Positions 55,837 through 64,000 of a stretch of 64,000 nucleotides of DNA are shown in pieces. The stretch is taken from positions 2,785 through 66,784 of the forward strand of contig CAIVHG010000083.1 of assembly GCA_903905655.1 (NCBI GenBank), written 5' to 3'. The DNA comes from an uncultured beta proteobacterium. GTDB lineage: Bacteria > Pseudomonadota > Gammaproteobacteria > Burkholderiales > SG8-41. Position 1 is the stretch's first letter, and each line of letters begins with the position of its first letter. Position numbers and translations under genes: made by a program. Below the pieces are notes generated by a model, which had not been told where the DNA came from, did not search any database, and worked only from the letters and a program-made list of their open reading frames with translations.

Positions 55837-56709
55837 CTACTTCTGCGCGCCGCTCAGCACGCGCTCGATCCGCGCAAGCGCAGCTGGGTCCGCCGCGCCC
55901 TGCGTGCGCGCAAGTCCGAGTGCCACCGCGCCCAGATCGGAGTAGAGCGCCGCGATCTGTGGCTGCCACGCAGTGAGCGCCTCCAGATGGCGTTGCACCA
56001 CCTGGTGGTCGCCGCGTGCGATCGGCCCGGTAAGTGCGCGCGCAGTACCGAGCTCGAACACGTGATCCAGCGTCTCGCGCGCCAGCGGCTCCAGCATGCG
56101 CAGCGCGTCAGTGCGCGCGTAGCCCGCCTTTTCGTAGCAGGCGAGCCCCGCTTCGATAAGCGCGGTCAGGTAATTGCACACGATGACGCTGGCCGCGTGA
56201 TAGATCGCCTTGAAGCGCGGATCAATTTCCGACACTCGCGCGCCCAGCCGCTCGAACGCGGCGCGCAGCACCTGCAGCGCGGCCTGATCGCCCTCAGCGG
56301 CGCAGTACACGCCGGCCAGGCTGTGCTCGGCGCCGGTCCCGGCAAAGGTCTTGAGCGGATGCACGCTCGCCACGCGCGCACCGAGTGCTGCGAGCGGCGC
56401 CAGCTCTGCGGCAGTGAGCGTGCCGCTGCAATGGAAGACGACGTTGCCGGCAGCGATCCGCCCGCTCGCAGCGAGTTCGCGCGCGCAGGCGGCGATGCGA
56501 TCGTCGCCCGTGGCGAGCATCCACACCTCGGCACTGCGCATTGTGGCGACGCCTGCGACCGCGCGACCGCCGCCGATCGCGGCCACCGCTGCGCTGCTCT
56601 TGGCCAGCGCATGATCGTCGACGTCGCCGATTTCGAAGACGCCGCTATGCAGCCACAAGCGCGCGAGCGTGCGGCCAAGGCGGCCGCAGCCGATGATGTT
56701 GAGATTCAT
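55837..56709 (-). CDS. Rossmann-fold oxidoreductase-like protein with a DUF2520-type C-terminal domain
   Basis: 290 aa from MNLNIIGCGRLGRTLA (GxGxxG). The family name is recalled, not searched. Confidence 0.6.
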   Translation of the reverse strand: MNLNIIGCGRLGRTLARLWLHSGVFEIGDVDDHALAKSSAAVAAIGGGRAVAGVATMRSAEVWMLATGDDRIAACARELAASGRIAAGNVVFHCSGTLTAAELAPLAALGARVASVHPLKTFAGTGAEHSLAGVYCAAEGDQAALQVLRAAFERLGARVSEIDPRFKAIYHAASVIVCNYLTALIEAGLACYEKAGYARTDALRMLEPLARETLDHVFELGTARALTGPIARGDHQVVQRHLEALTAWQPQIAALYSDLGAVALGLARTQGAADPAALARIERVLSGAQK

Positions 56710-56728
56710 CATCGCATCTACCACAGCG

Positions 56729-58009
56729 TCATGGATAGAGCCCGCGCAGCTGGCGCGCCTGCAGGATGCGCTCGCAGGCGACGATGAAGGTCGCCGTGCG
56801 CAGGCTCACGCGGTGGCGCGCCGCGACCTCCCAGATCGCATGCAGCGCTTCGAGCATGATGCGGTCGAGCCGCGCATTGATCTCGCTTTCGGACCAGAAG
56901 AAGCTCGAGAAGTCCTGCACCCACTCGAAATAACTCACCGTGACGCCGCCCGCATTCGCGATGACATCGGGCACCACGAGGATGCCGCGCTCGTGCAGAA
57001 TATCGTCGGCCTCCGGCGTGGTCGGGCCATTCGCGCCCTCGACCACGATGCGCGCGCGGATTTTCGGCGCATTGGCGGCGGTGATCTGCGCTTCGAGAGC
57101 AGCGGGCACCAGGAACTCGCAGGGCAGCGGCCAGAAATCCTGCGCGCTGATCGTCTCGGCCCCGGGAAAACCGAGGATGCTTCCGGTGCGCTGCTGATAT
57201 TCGATGAGGCGCTCGGGAGCCAGCCCGGCTGCGCTGTGGATGGTACCCAATGCAGTCTGCACGGCGATGACCTTGCAGCCATGCGCGTGAAACAGCTTCG
57301 CCGCCGCCGAGCCGACGTTGCCAAAGCCCTGGATGATGCAGCGCGCTGAGGCCAGATCGATTTTTTCACGCTTCGCAGTCTCTGCCGCGACGACGAATAC
57401 GCCGCGCCCGGTCGCATCGCGGCGCCCGAGACTGCCGCCCAGGGACAGCGGCTTGCCTGTGACGACACCGGTGAGCGTGCGGCCCTGATTCATGGAATAG
57501 GTGTCCATCATCCACGCCATGATCTGCTCGTTGGTGTTGACGTCGGGCGCAGGGATGTCCTTGTCGGGCCCGATCATGAAATTGATCTCGCTCGTGTAGC
57601 GGCGCGTGAGCCGCTCCAGTTCCGCCAGCGAGAGTTTGGCGGGATCCACGCGCACGCCGCCCTTGGCGCCGCCGAACGGCACGTTGACCGCGGCATTCTT
57701 GATCGACATCCACGCGGCAAGCGCCATCACGTCGGAAAGCCCGACGTCCTGATGGAAGCGCACCCCGCCTTTGCCCGGCCCGCGCGCAGTGCTATGCTGT
57801 ACACGATAGCCCTCGAAGTGCGCCATCGAGCCGTCATCGAGCCGGATGGGAACATCGACGATCACGATCCGCTTCGGGTGGGTTAGGGTTTCCGCAAGTG
57901 ACCCGAGTTTGCCCAGATAGGGCAGCACGCGCCGAATCTGCTCAAGATAGATGGCCCAGGCGCCCATCTGGCCCGGCGCCAGGTAAGAGGGTAAACTGCC
58001 GATATCCAT
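56729..58009 (-). CDS. gdhA: Glu/Leu/Phe/Val dehydrogenase family, glutamate dehydrogenase
   Basis: 426 aa. Active-site region [10 protein letters not shown] and dinucleotide fold IQGFGNVG. Confidence 0.9.
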   Translation of the reverse strand: MDIGSLPSYLAPGQMGAWAIYLEQIRRVLPYLGKLGSLAETLTHPKRIVIVDVPIRLDDGSMAHFEGYRVQHSTARGPGKGGVRFHQDVGLSDVMALAAWMSIKNAAVNVPFGGAKGGVRVDPAKLSLAELERLTRRYTSEINFMIGPDKDIPAPDVNTNEQIMAWMMDTYSMNQGRTLTGVVTGKPLSLGGSLGRRDATGRGVFVVAAETAKREKIDLASARCIIQGFGNVGSAAAKLFHAHGCKVIAVQTALGTIHSAAGLAPERLIEYQQRTGSILGFPGAETISAQDFWPLPCEFLVPAALEAQITAANAPKIRARIVVEGANGPTTPEADDILHERGILVVPDVIANAGGVTVSYFEWVQDFSSFFWSESEINARLDRIMLEALHAIWEVAARHRVSLRTATFIVACERILQARQLRGLYP

Positions 58010-58148
58010 GGTTTAGAATCCTGTCTACGTGCCGTGTGCGGCCCCCGGGAATATTCTGCTTTTTGCGGGTGCGATGCAATACGGACTTGAACTCAGCGGC
58101 AATTGCCATTATCTTCGCGACATGTTGTAGATTAAAATAGAGGCAGGC

Positions 58149-58547
58149 ATGGCTCAAGCGCAGGACGACCGCATGAATCTCACCATGGATGCGGCGAATA
58201 TATACCGTGAGGACGTCTACACCGATCGCCGCGTGGGGACGATACGCTGCCTGGTACCGGTGAATGGCGACGGCACGCAGGATGCTAACCGCACGCCGGT
58301 TTATATCGGGGAAGCGCAGATCATGAGTCCGATGGGCGCGATCCCCGTGACTTTCGAGATTGAGGCGGCTACCCTCGCGGACGCGGTGACAGGATATGCA
58401 GCAGCGGCTAAAGAAGGTGTCGAACGCACGGTAAAGGAAATTCAGGAATATCGCCGTCAGGCGGCCTCCTCGATCGTGATCCCGCAGGGCGGCGCGGCCG
58501 GATTGCCGCCGGCGGGACTGGGCGGCGGAAAAATACAGATCCCCTGA
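58149..58547 (+). CDS. Hypothetical cytoplasmic protein
   Basis: 132 aa with no recognised motif and a Gly/Pro-rich tail. Codon usage is consistent with the neighbours. Confidence 0.45.
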   Translation: MAQAQDDRMNLTMDAANIYREDVYTDRRVGTIRCLVPVNGDGTQDANRTPVYIGEAQIMSPMGAIPVTFEIEAATLADAVTGYAAAAKEGVERTVKEIQEYRRQAASSIVIPQGGAAGLPPAGLGGGKIQIP

Positions 58548-58802
58548 ACACGGGGCAGCGAACCTCGCGCATGGCGCGCTCGTGACGCGAACGAAGACGG
58601 ATGACCAGTCGCGGCTTTCTTGGATGCCGCGCAGCGCGCCCAATAAATTGGCAATCGTAAGCAGCCCTGCTCCACGCAGCGCATGCTCTGAGAGAGCACA
58701 AGGATAAAGCCGTGATTCAACGCAGCGCGCGCCGCGAGCTGCGTGCGGCACAGTACAGGCGCATTTCGCATCGCTTGTACCTACAATAAATAGCGGCCAC
58801 AG

Positions 58803-58832
58803 TTGAATCGTGAAGTCCGGCTGAGTCATAAT
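58803..58832 (+). promoter_or_regulatory. Sigma-70-type promoter candidate
   Basis: TTGAAT-18 nt-CATAAT, about 29 nt upstream of the ATG at 58861. Pattern match only. Confidence 0.35.
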
Positions 58833-58860
58833 GCGGCGATTTTTTTAAAGGGATGTAGCA

Positions 58861-59319
58861 ATGGCAACGGAAATGGCAAGCGATGAAATAACCGATAGCA
58901 TTGCTCTCATCGAGATGCACCGTCAGGAAGCGCAAAAGGAATCGGGTCTCGCCGCGGCATGCAGTGAAGCTTTGCGCCAGCTGAACGAACTCCTCGACAG
59001 CGAGAAGGAAGCGTTGCGCCTGAACGGGCCCGATCACGGGCACACGACCAACATCACCGCGATCGCCAACCACATACAGCGCGTCAAGCAGATGGCGGGC
59101 GGCGGTGGATCGCGACAGGGGCAGGCAGCGGGCGCGGGTCGCGCGCATCCCCGGCCACAGCAGGGTGGACAGCAGCAAGCCGGCCGCTCCAACGGCTCCG
59201 GCGAACCCGGTCGCTCCGGCGGACCGGGTGGACAGCGCAACAATAACGGTTCGCGCAATCGTGGACGCCGCACCATGGGCCGCCGCGCTGGAGGTGGAGG
59301 TGGAGGTGGCGCACGCTAG
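58861..59319 (+). CDS. Hypothetical protein with a helical N-domain and a Gly/Arg/Gln-rich (RGG-like) disordered tail
   Basis: 152 aa. The N-terminal roughly 80 aa is coiled-coil-like. The C-terminal roughly 70 aa reads GGGGSRQGQAAGAGR...GRSGGPGGQRNNNGSRNRGRR...GGGGGGGAR. Confidence 0.45.
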   Translation: MATEMASDEITDSIALIEMHRQEAQKESGLAAACSEALRQLNELLDSEKEALRLNGPDHGHTTNITAIANHIQRVKQMAGGGGSRQGQAAGAGRAHPRPQQGGQQQAGRSNGSGEPGRSGGPGGQRNNNGSRNRGRRTMGRRAGGGGGGGAR

Positions 59320-59383
59320 ACTGCCGCGTTGCGCGGGCAGAATCCGCCCGGCTTAGTTCAATTCCAGTTCTGCGAGGCAGCCA

Positions 59384-62300
59384 TTAGCCCGACTCATCAA
59401 CTTCGATCATGCTGGCATCGGTGAACACCAGCGCGCCACGCACGCGCCGTCCCGGATAAACCTGCCTCAGTACTCCCCGGTACTTCTGCATCTGATCGCG
59501 ATAGCTTGCGAGCAGAGACTGCTCGAGCGACTTCGCGTTGCCGGTCTTGTAATCCAGAAACCATATCTCGTCCTGAAACTCTACCACGCGATCGATGCGC
59601 ATGATTGCGTCGGACTGCGTGACCAGCGACACCTCGTTGGCCGCTCGCACACATCTCCCACGATCGAAAAACCGTGCGAGCTCAGGTGCAGACAATACCC
59701 GCTGCACCTGCGCCCACAACGGCGCGAACTCGCTTTCGCTCAATCCAATCTCATGCCGCAGCTCAGCGCCGGAACGCGTGCGCCCCGCTTCGGCATCCGT
59801 GGCAAGTTCCAGTATCCGGTGAAAATACGTACCATAGCGCTCGCCCTGGTTCGGTGTCGCGTCGCGCCGCATTCCCGTCGCAAGCGGCGCATTGAGCCGC
59901 GGATCGATCGTGCACGCCGCGCGCGCACCTGCCGCCGCACCTGCGGGCACGCCCTGCGCGAGCGCGGCCAGATCGGCACCCAGAGCAATCAGGCCTTTCT
60001 CATCTGCAGCGTTGGCCAGTTGCGCCGCCGCGGCGCACATGCGCGCATACCATGAATCGTCAGCGCCCTTGCCGTCCACGCCGCTCACGATGAGGGCCTG
60101 CTTCGCGCGCGTCATCGCGACATACATGAGATTGGTGGCCTCGCGTGCGGCCAGCACCTGCTCTGCTGCCGCGAGTTCGCCCTGCATCGTGCTGCGCTCG
60201 GCCATGCGCGTGTAGAGCGACAGGTGCCGGGGCGCGGCTGCGCCCGGCGGCCAGTCGACCATCACGTCATAGTTGCGCTCGCGCTTGGGTCCCGCCGCGC
60301 AGTCGATCAGGAACACCACCAGCGCTTCCAGCCCCTTGGCGCCATGCACCGTCAGGATGCGCACGGCGTCGCCGGAGTCCCCGATCACTCCTTCATCGGG
60401 CGCTTCCTCAGGAGGCGCTGCGCCCAGTTCGGCAAGCTCGCGTATGAAACGCGGCAAACTTGGATAGCGGCCGGCATCGGTGTCGAGCGCACGCTGGATA
60501 AACGCCTGCAGATTGGCAGTCACTGCGCCCTGCATGGCATCCGGGACGGCACTGCCATAGCGCCGCATGATATCCGCTTCGAAATAAATGCGATCGAGCT
60601 GGTCGTGCACGGGCAGCGCATCGGCGCGCGCCAGCCACAGCGCAAGCAGGCGCGCGGCGCGGGACAGCGCATGACTCACCGGCGCGCCTGCGTCTGCCGT
60701 AAGCGTCCCCAGTCGCGACCACCAGGTGTCGCCGGCAGTGCGTGCCAGCGCCATCAGGTCCTCGTCCGCGCAGCCGAACATGGGCGAGCGCAGCACCTGC
60801 GCCAGCGCCAGATCCGAGTAGGGCGAGACCAGGAAGGTCAACAGCGCCATCAGGTCCTGCGCTTCCAACGTCCCCAGCAAGCCGCCGCGGCCGGAGGTCA
60901 CGAAGGGTATGTGCGCGTGGCGCAGCGCCCGCTCATAGGTGGCGAGATGAGTGCGGCTGCGCACGAGTATCATGATGTCGCGGTAATCCGCCGCACGCGC
61001 AGCCGTTGCATGTCCATCCGGCGCCAGCATCCAGTGCCCGACGATGGCGCGGATCTTCTCCGCGATCGCCCGCGCCTCGTCTTCGCGCCGCCGGTCTTCC
61101 GCTTCGGCAAACGGCGCGAGCAGCGAATTGCGCAGTTCCGGTTGCGGCGCACTCTCGGGGACGATGTCTGCATTCCGGCCGACCAGTGGCAGCACTTCGA
61201 CGCGGCCGGGCAGCTGCGTGTAATGCGCGCTGTGTGCGTTGAATTCCGGTTCCTGCGCAAATACCTGATTGACGAGATCGATGATGGGCTGCGCGCAGCG
61301 GCGCGAGCTGTCGCGCTTGAGATCCGCGTCGGCGTGAAAGTGCTCTTTCAGATAGCGCCGTGCCTCGGCGTAGAGCCGCGCTTCCGCGCGCCTGAAGCGG
61401 TAGATGGATTGCTTGGGATCGCCCACCATGAATACCGTAGGCAGGCTCGCGGCTTCTCGCGCCGCCGTAAACCACGCGTCCAGCGTCAGCCATTGCAGCG
61501 GATTGGTGTCCTGAAATTCATCGAGCAGGACGTGGCGGTAGCGGGCATCAAGCTTGTACTGCAGGAAGGTCGCATGATCGCCGGTAGCGAGCACTTCGTA
61601 CGCGCAACGCTCGATGTCCGAAAAATCGATCGCGCGCCGCTCTTCCTTCACGCGCGTATAAGCATCCAGCAGCGCGGCGCCGGCTGACAGTCCGGCCTCG
61701 TTGATGCGATAGGCTTCCTGATCGGTGAGACTGCGCTGCGCGCGCATCAGACGCTCGCTCAAGTTGGCGTTGAGTTCGAGCAAACGCTGCTCTCCCGCGG
61801 AACCCAGGCGTTTGGCCTGGGCGGCGCTGGGCTTGCGTACGCGCGCCGCACCCTCGGCGGTGAGCACGGTGCGCACTATGCCCGCAAAGCGCGCTGCGGC
61901 ATTCTCGATTGCCAGCGCTTCCAAAATCTGCACCGCGGCCTTTTTGTCGCTCGCCGTGTTGCGGTCTAGCAGAGCACTGAACTCCCGCAAATCGGAAATG
62001 CACACGCCGTCGGCAAACGGTGCAGCGCAGACATCGAGTTGCGGATCAACATTGAAATCGATGCGCAGGCGCTCGAGCGCGTAGCCGACCGCGGCGTCGC
62101 GGCTGCGCGTGTGCCGCGTGTACGCCCACCACTCGGCGCGGCAGCGCAGAAATGCCAGCAGCAGGTCGCGCGTGCTCTGCAATCCATAACCGGCAAACAA
62201 CTTTTCGAGACCCAGCGCGGCAGCCGCCTGCGGAGCGCGCTCGAGTTCCGCCGCAAAACGTTCCCACGCTTCATCGATGAGCGGCGCGGTATGCTCGATC

Positions 62301-62713
62301 AGGCTGACGTCGCCCAGCACACCGGCGTCAAGCGGCGCCGCTTGCAGCAGCCGCAGAAACCAGCTGTGAAAAGTCGTGACGGTCAGCGCCGGCTGCGCCG
62401 TCAACGATGCCTCGTAGAGCCCGCGCGCCCTGGGAATCGCGGCTTCCACTTCGCTTTCGGGCAGCGCGAGTTCAAGCAGAAATTTGCGCACCGCTGCATC
62501 GTCCGGGGCGACGGCGAGCTCATACAGCCAGCTGCGCAGCCGGCTTTCCATCTCCTGCGCCGCCTTGCGCGTGAACGTGATCGCCAGTATCTCGCCAGGC
62601 TTTACACCCGCCAGCAGCCAGGTTTTGCCGCTGCCCGCGCAGGCCTCGATCACCACGCTCCTCTTCGGATCGAGCGCGCGGCGGTTGAAATCGTCGGGGC
62701 CGGGCGCGCTCAT
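59384..62713 (-). CDS. UvrD/Rep-family helicase with a C-terminal PD-(D/E)XK nuclease domain (AddA-like)
   Basis: 1109 aa. Walker A ACAGSGKT, motif Ia ITFTRKAAQEM, LLDEFQDTN, GDPKQSIYRFR, VHGAKGLE and VAMTRAK. The C-terminal nuclease region is IDRVVEF...WFLDYKTG. Confidence 0.8.
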   Translation of the reverse strand: MSAPGPDDFNRRALDPKRSVVIEACAGSGKTWLLAGVKPGEILAITFTRKAAQEMESRLRSWLYELAVAPDDAAVRKFLLELALPESEVEAAIPRARGLYEASLTAQPALTVTTFHSWFLRLLQAAPLDAGVLGDVSLIEHTAPLIDEAWERFAAELERAPQAAAALGLEKLFAGYGLQSTRDLLLAFLRCRAEWWAYTRHTRSRDAAVGYALERLRIDFNVDPQLDVCAAPFADGVCISDLREFSALLDRNTASDKKAAVQILEALAIENAAARFAGIVRTVLTAEGAARVRKPSAAQAKRLGSAGEQRLLELNANLSERLMRAQRSLTDQEAYRINEAGLSAGAALLDAYTRVKEERRAIDFSDIERCAYEVLATGDHATFLQYKLDARYRHVLLDEFQDTNPLQWLTLDAWFTAAREAASLPTVFMVGDPKQSIYRFRRAEARLYAEARRYLKEHFHADADLKRDSSRRCAQPIIDLVNQVFAQEPEFNAHSAHYTQLPGRVEVLPLVGRNADIVPESAPQPELRNSLLAPFAEAEDRRREDEARAIAEKIRAIVGHWMLAPDGHATAARAADYRDIMILVRSRTHLATYERALRHAHIPFVTSGRGGLLGTLEAQDLMALLTFLVSPYSDLALAQVLRSPMFGCADEDLMALARTAGDTWWSRLGTLTADAGAPVSHALSRAARLLALWLARADALPVHDQLDRIYFEADIMRRYGSAVPDAMQGAVTANLQAFIQRALDTDAGRYPSLPRFIRELAELGAAPPEEAPDEGVIGDSGDAVRILTVHGAKGLEALVVFLIDCAAGPKRERNYDVMVDWPPGAAAPRHLSLYTRMAERSTMQGELAAAEQVLAAREATNLMYVAMTRAKQALIVSGVDGKGADDSWYARMCAAAAQLANAADEKGLIALGADLAALAQGVPAGAAAGARAACTIDPRLNAPLATGMRRDATPNQGERYGTYFHRILELATDAEAGRTRSGAELRHEIGLSESEFAPLWAQVQRVLSAPELARFFDRGRCVRAANEVSLVTQSDAIMRIDRVVEFQDEIWFLDYKTGNAKSLEQSLLASYRDQMQKYRGVLRQVYPGRRVRGALVFTDASMIEVDESG

Positions 62714-62738
62714 CGCGGGCTCCTGAGTACGCGACTGC

Positions 62739-64000
62739 TCATGACCAGTAATCCTTGCGGCACAGGCCGCGCGCTTCGCAGCGCTCGCACGCGCTGTCCG
62801 CCCCGTGCGCCGGCAACTGCGCGCCGTTCTGCAGCATGTCGTACATCAGCGCGATGCGTTCGCGGTTTTCTGAGACGAGCTGCTCGAGGTCGCCCTGCGG
62901 CACGGGCCTGACGCCGTCGCGCTCCATGGCCAGAAAAAAGGCTGCCGCCACCGGCCCGCCCCACAACAACGCATAGACGGCAAGCTGCACGTCCTCGCCG
63001 GGACTCTGGAGCTTGCTCCGCAATAAAGTGCGGCTGCTGGTCTTGTAGTCAACGACTGCGAGCTCGCCGCCGCTGCGCATATCGACGCGATCGAGCCGAC
63101 CGCTCAGCACCAGCGTACGGCCCTCCGGCGTAATGATCTCGATGCGCCGCTTCGCCTCGGCGGCGTGCCAGCACCAGCCCTCGGCCTCACGCGCACACTG
63201 CCAAATCAGATATTCAGGGATCAGCGCCTGCCACTGGATCAACCAGGCCCGGGCCAGATAATTGTCTGCCACGGCCTCGCGGAAAGCTTCGGCGCTCAAC
63301 TGCGCCAAGGCCTCGTGCGCCGCGCCGGCAGGGATCTCAGAGACGACCGGATAAGTGCGATGAAACTTCGCAAGCACCCCGTGCAGCACGGTTGCCGTAA
63401 TCGCGCTTGTCAATCAACTCCTGAACTTCATCGAGCTCGCCCAGCTTGAGCATGTAGCGCTCATAGAACTGGTAGGGGCAGGTGATGAGCGCGTTGTAAG
63501 CGCTCGCGGAAAACTCGCGCGGCAGCAGATCCGCACTGGCTAAGGGGCTAGACCGCAGCGTGGGTGCCGGCAGCGGCAGTTCATCGGGACTCGCGACTTC
63601 CGAATGTTGTAGACGCGACGCCAGCCCGTCATCGTCCAGATCGCTGCCGTACGCGATTCCGTGCAGCGCCACCAGGCGCGCCAGCAGCGGCGAGAGCAGA
63701 TTGTCCTCGTCGCCGAGCCGGCGCTGCCACGTGCACAGCACTACCCCGCTACAGGCGATCAAAGCCGACAGTTGCGCTTCAGTTTCGCGCAGGTCGTCGG
63801 CTTGCGTAGGCAAGCCGAGCTCGGCCCGCACCGCCTGGTTGAATAACCGCGGGGCGGGCGAGTTGCCGGGGAGATGTTGCGCATCACAGCCGCAGATGAG
63901 CACGGCGTCGAAACGCCGCAGACGGGTGGCAGCGAGATAGGTAAAGATCACCGTACTTTCAACGCCGCGATCGAGAAACGTCGCCGCCTCGATCTCGCCC
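62739..64000 (-). pseudogene. AddB-like PD-(D/E)XK nuclease subunit, 5'-truncated by the window edge and carrying a +1 nt frameshift
   Basis: The upstream frame (63337..64000) reads ...YERYMLKLGELDEVQELIDKRDYG and then terminates. The downstream frame (62739..63413) continues TVLHGVLAKFH...RLDRVD...VVDYKTS...CERCEARGLC. Removing one A of the AA at 63392-63393 (minus strand) fuses them into DYGTVLHGVL. Confidence 0.65.

Noticed and set aside
1-64000. CRISPR arrays, IS elements or transposases, toxin-antitoxin pairs, restriction-modification and other defence systems, prophage genes and rRNA.
   Set aside because: None were recognised on either strand. The single-HKD Nuc-like protein (41675-42262) and RadC are solitary and sit in housekeeping context, so I do not interpret them as a defence island.

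Overview
High-GC (about 63-65%) chromosomal segment. Gene content and order look betaproteobacterial: hprK follows ptsN, there are Bug/TctC-type binding proteins, and the order pcnB-folK-dNK-panBC is present. Most of the window is conserved housekeeping. This includes mlaFE, kdsD-kdsC-lptCAB-rpoN-hpf-ptsN-hprK-rapZ, mutY, tRNA-Gly(CCC), dut-coaBC, radC-rpmBG, purMN, hda, pcnB-folK, panBC, gdhA and an AddAB-like helicase-nuclease pair.

The accessory part is a roughly 19 kb block (1.8-20.7 kb) sitting in the normally tight divergent junction between mlaF and kdsD. It encodes an MSHA-like type IV filament or secretion machine: an ExeA/MshM-like ATPase, a secretin, a TPR protein, an MshE-type ATPase with a c-di-GMP-type N-terminal motif, a GspF-type platform, PilMN/PilO-like proteins and three (pseudo)pilins. 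This machine is nested between a PrsR-like sigma-54 response regulator and a polytopic PrsK-like histidine kinase. It is also bracketed by the two halves of an ABC-2 transporter, with the ATPase at one end and the permease at the other. The terminal pilin gene has a perfect sigma-54 promoter, and rpoN lies 4.5 kb downstream. I regard this composite locus as the most interesting candidate system.

A second theme is gene decay:
- A 3.2 kb insertion between coaBC and radC carries a doubly frameshifted Bug gene and an amidohydrolase with an in-frame TAG. One of the Bug frameshifts lies in a (CCGTG)3 repeat.
- addB has a 1-nt frameshift, and addA lacks about 10 residues after its Walker A motif.

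No CRISPR array, IS element, integrase or rRNA was seen. All homology statements come from reading the translations, not from database searches.
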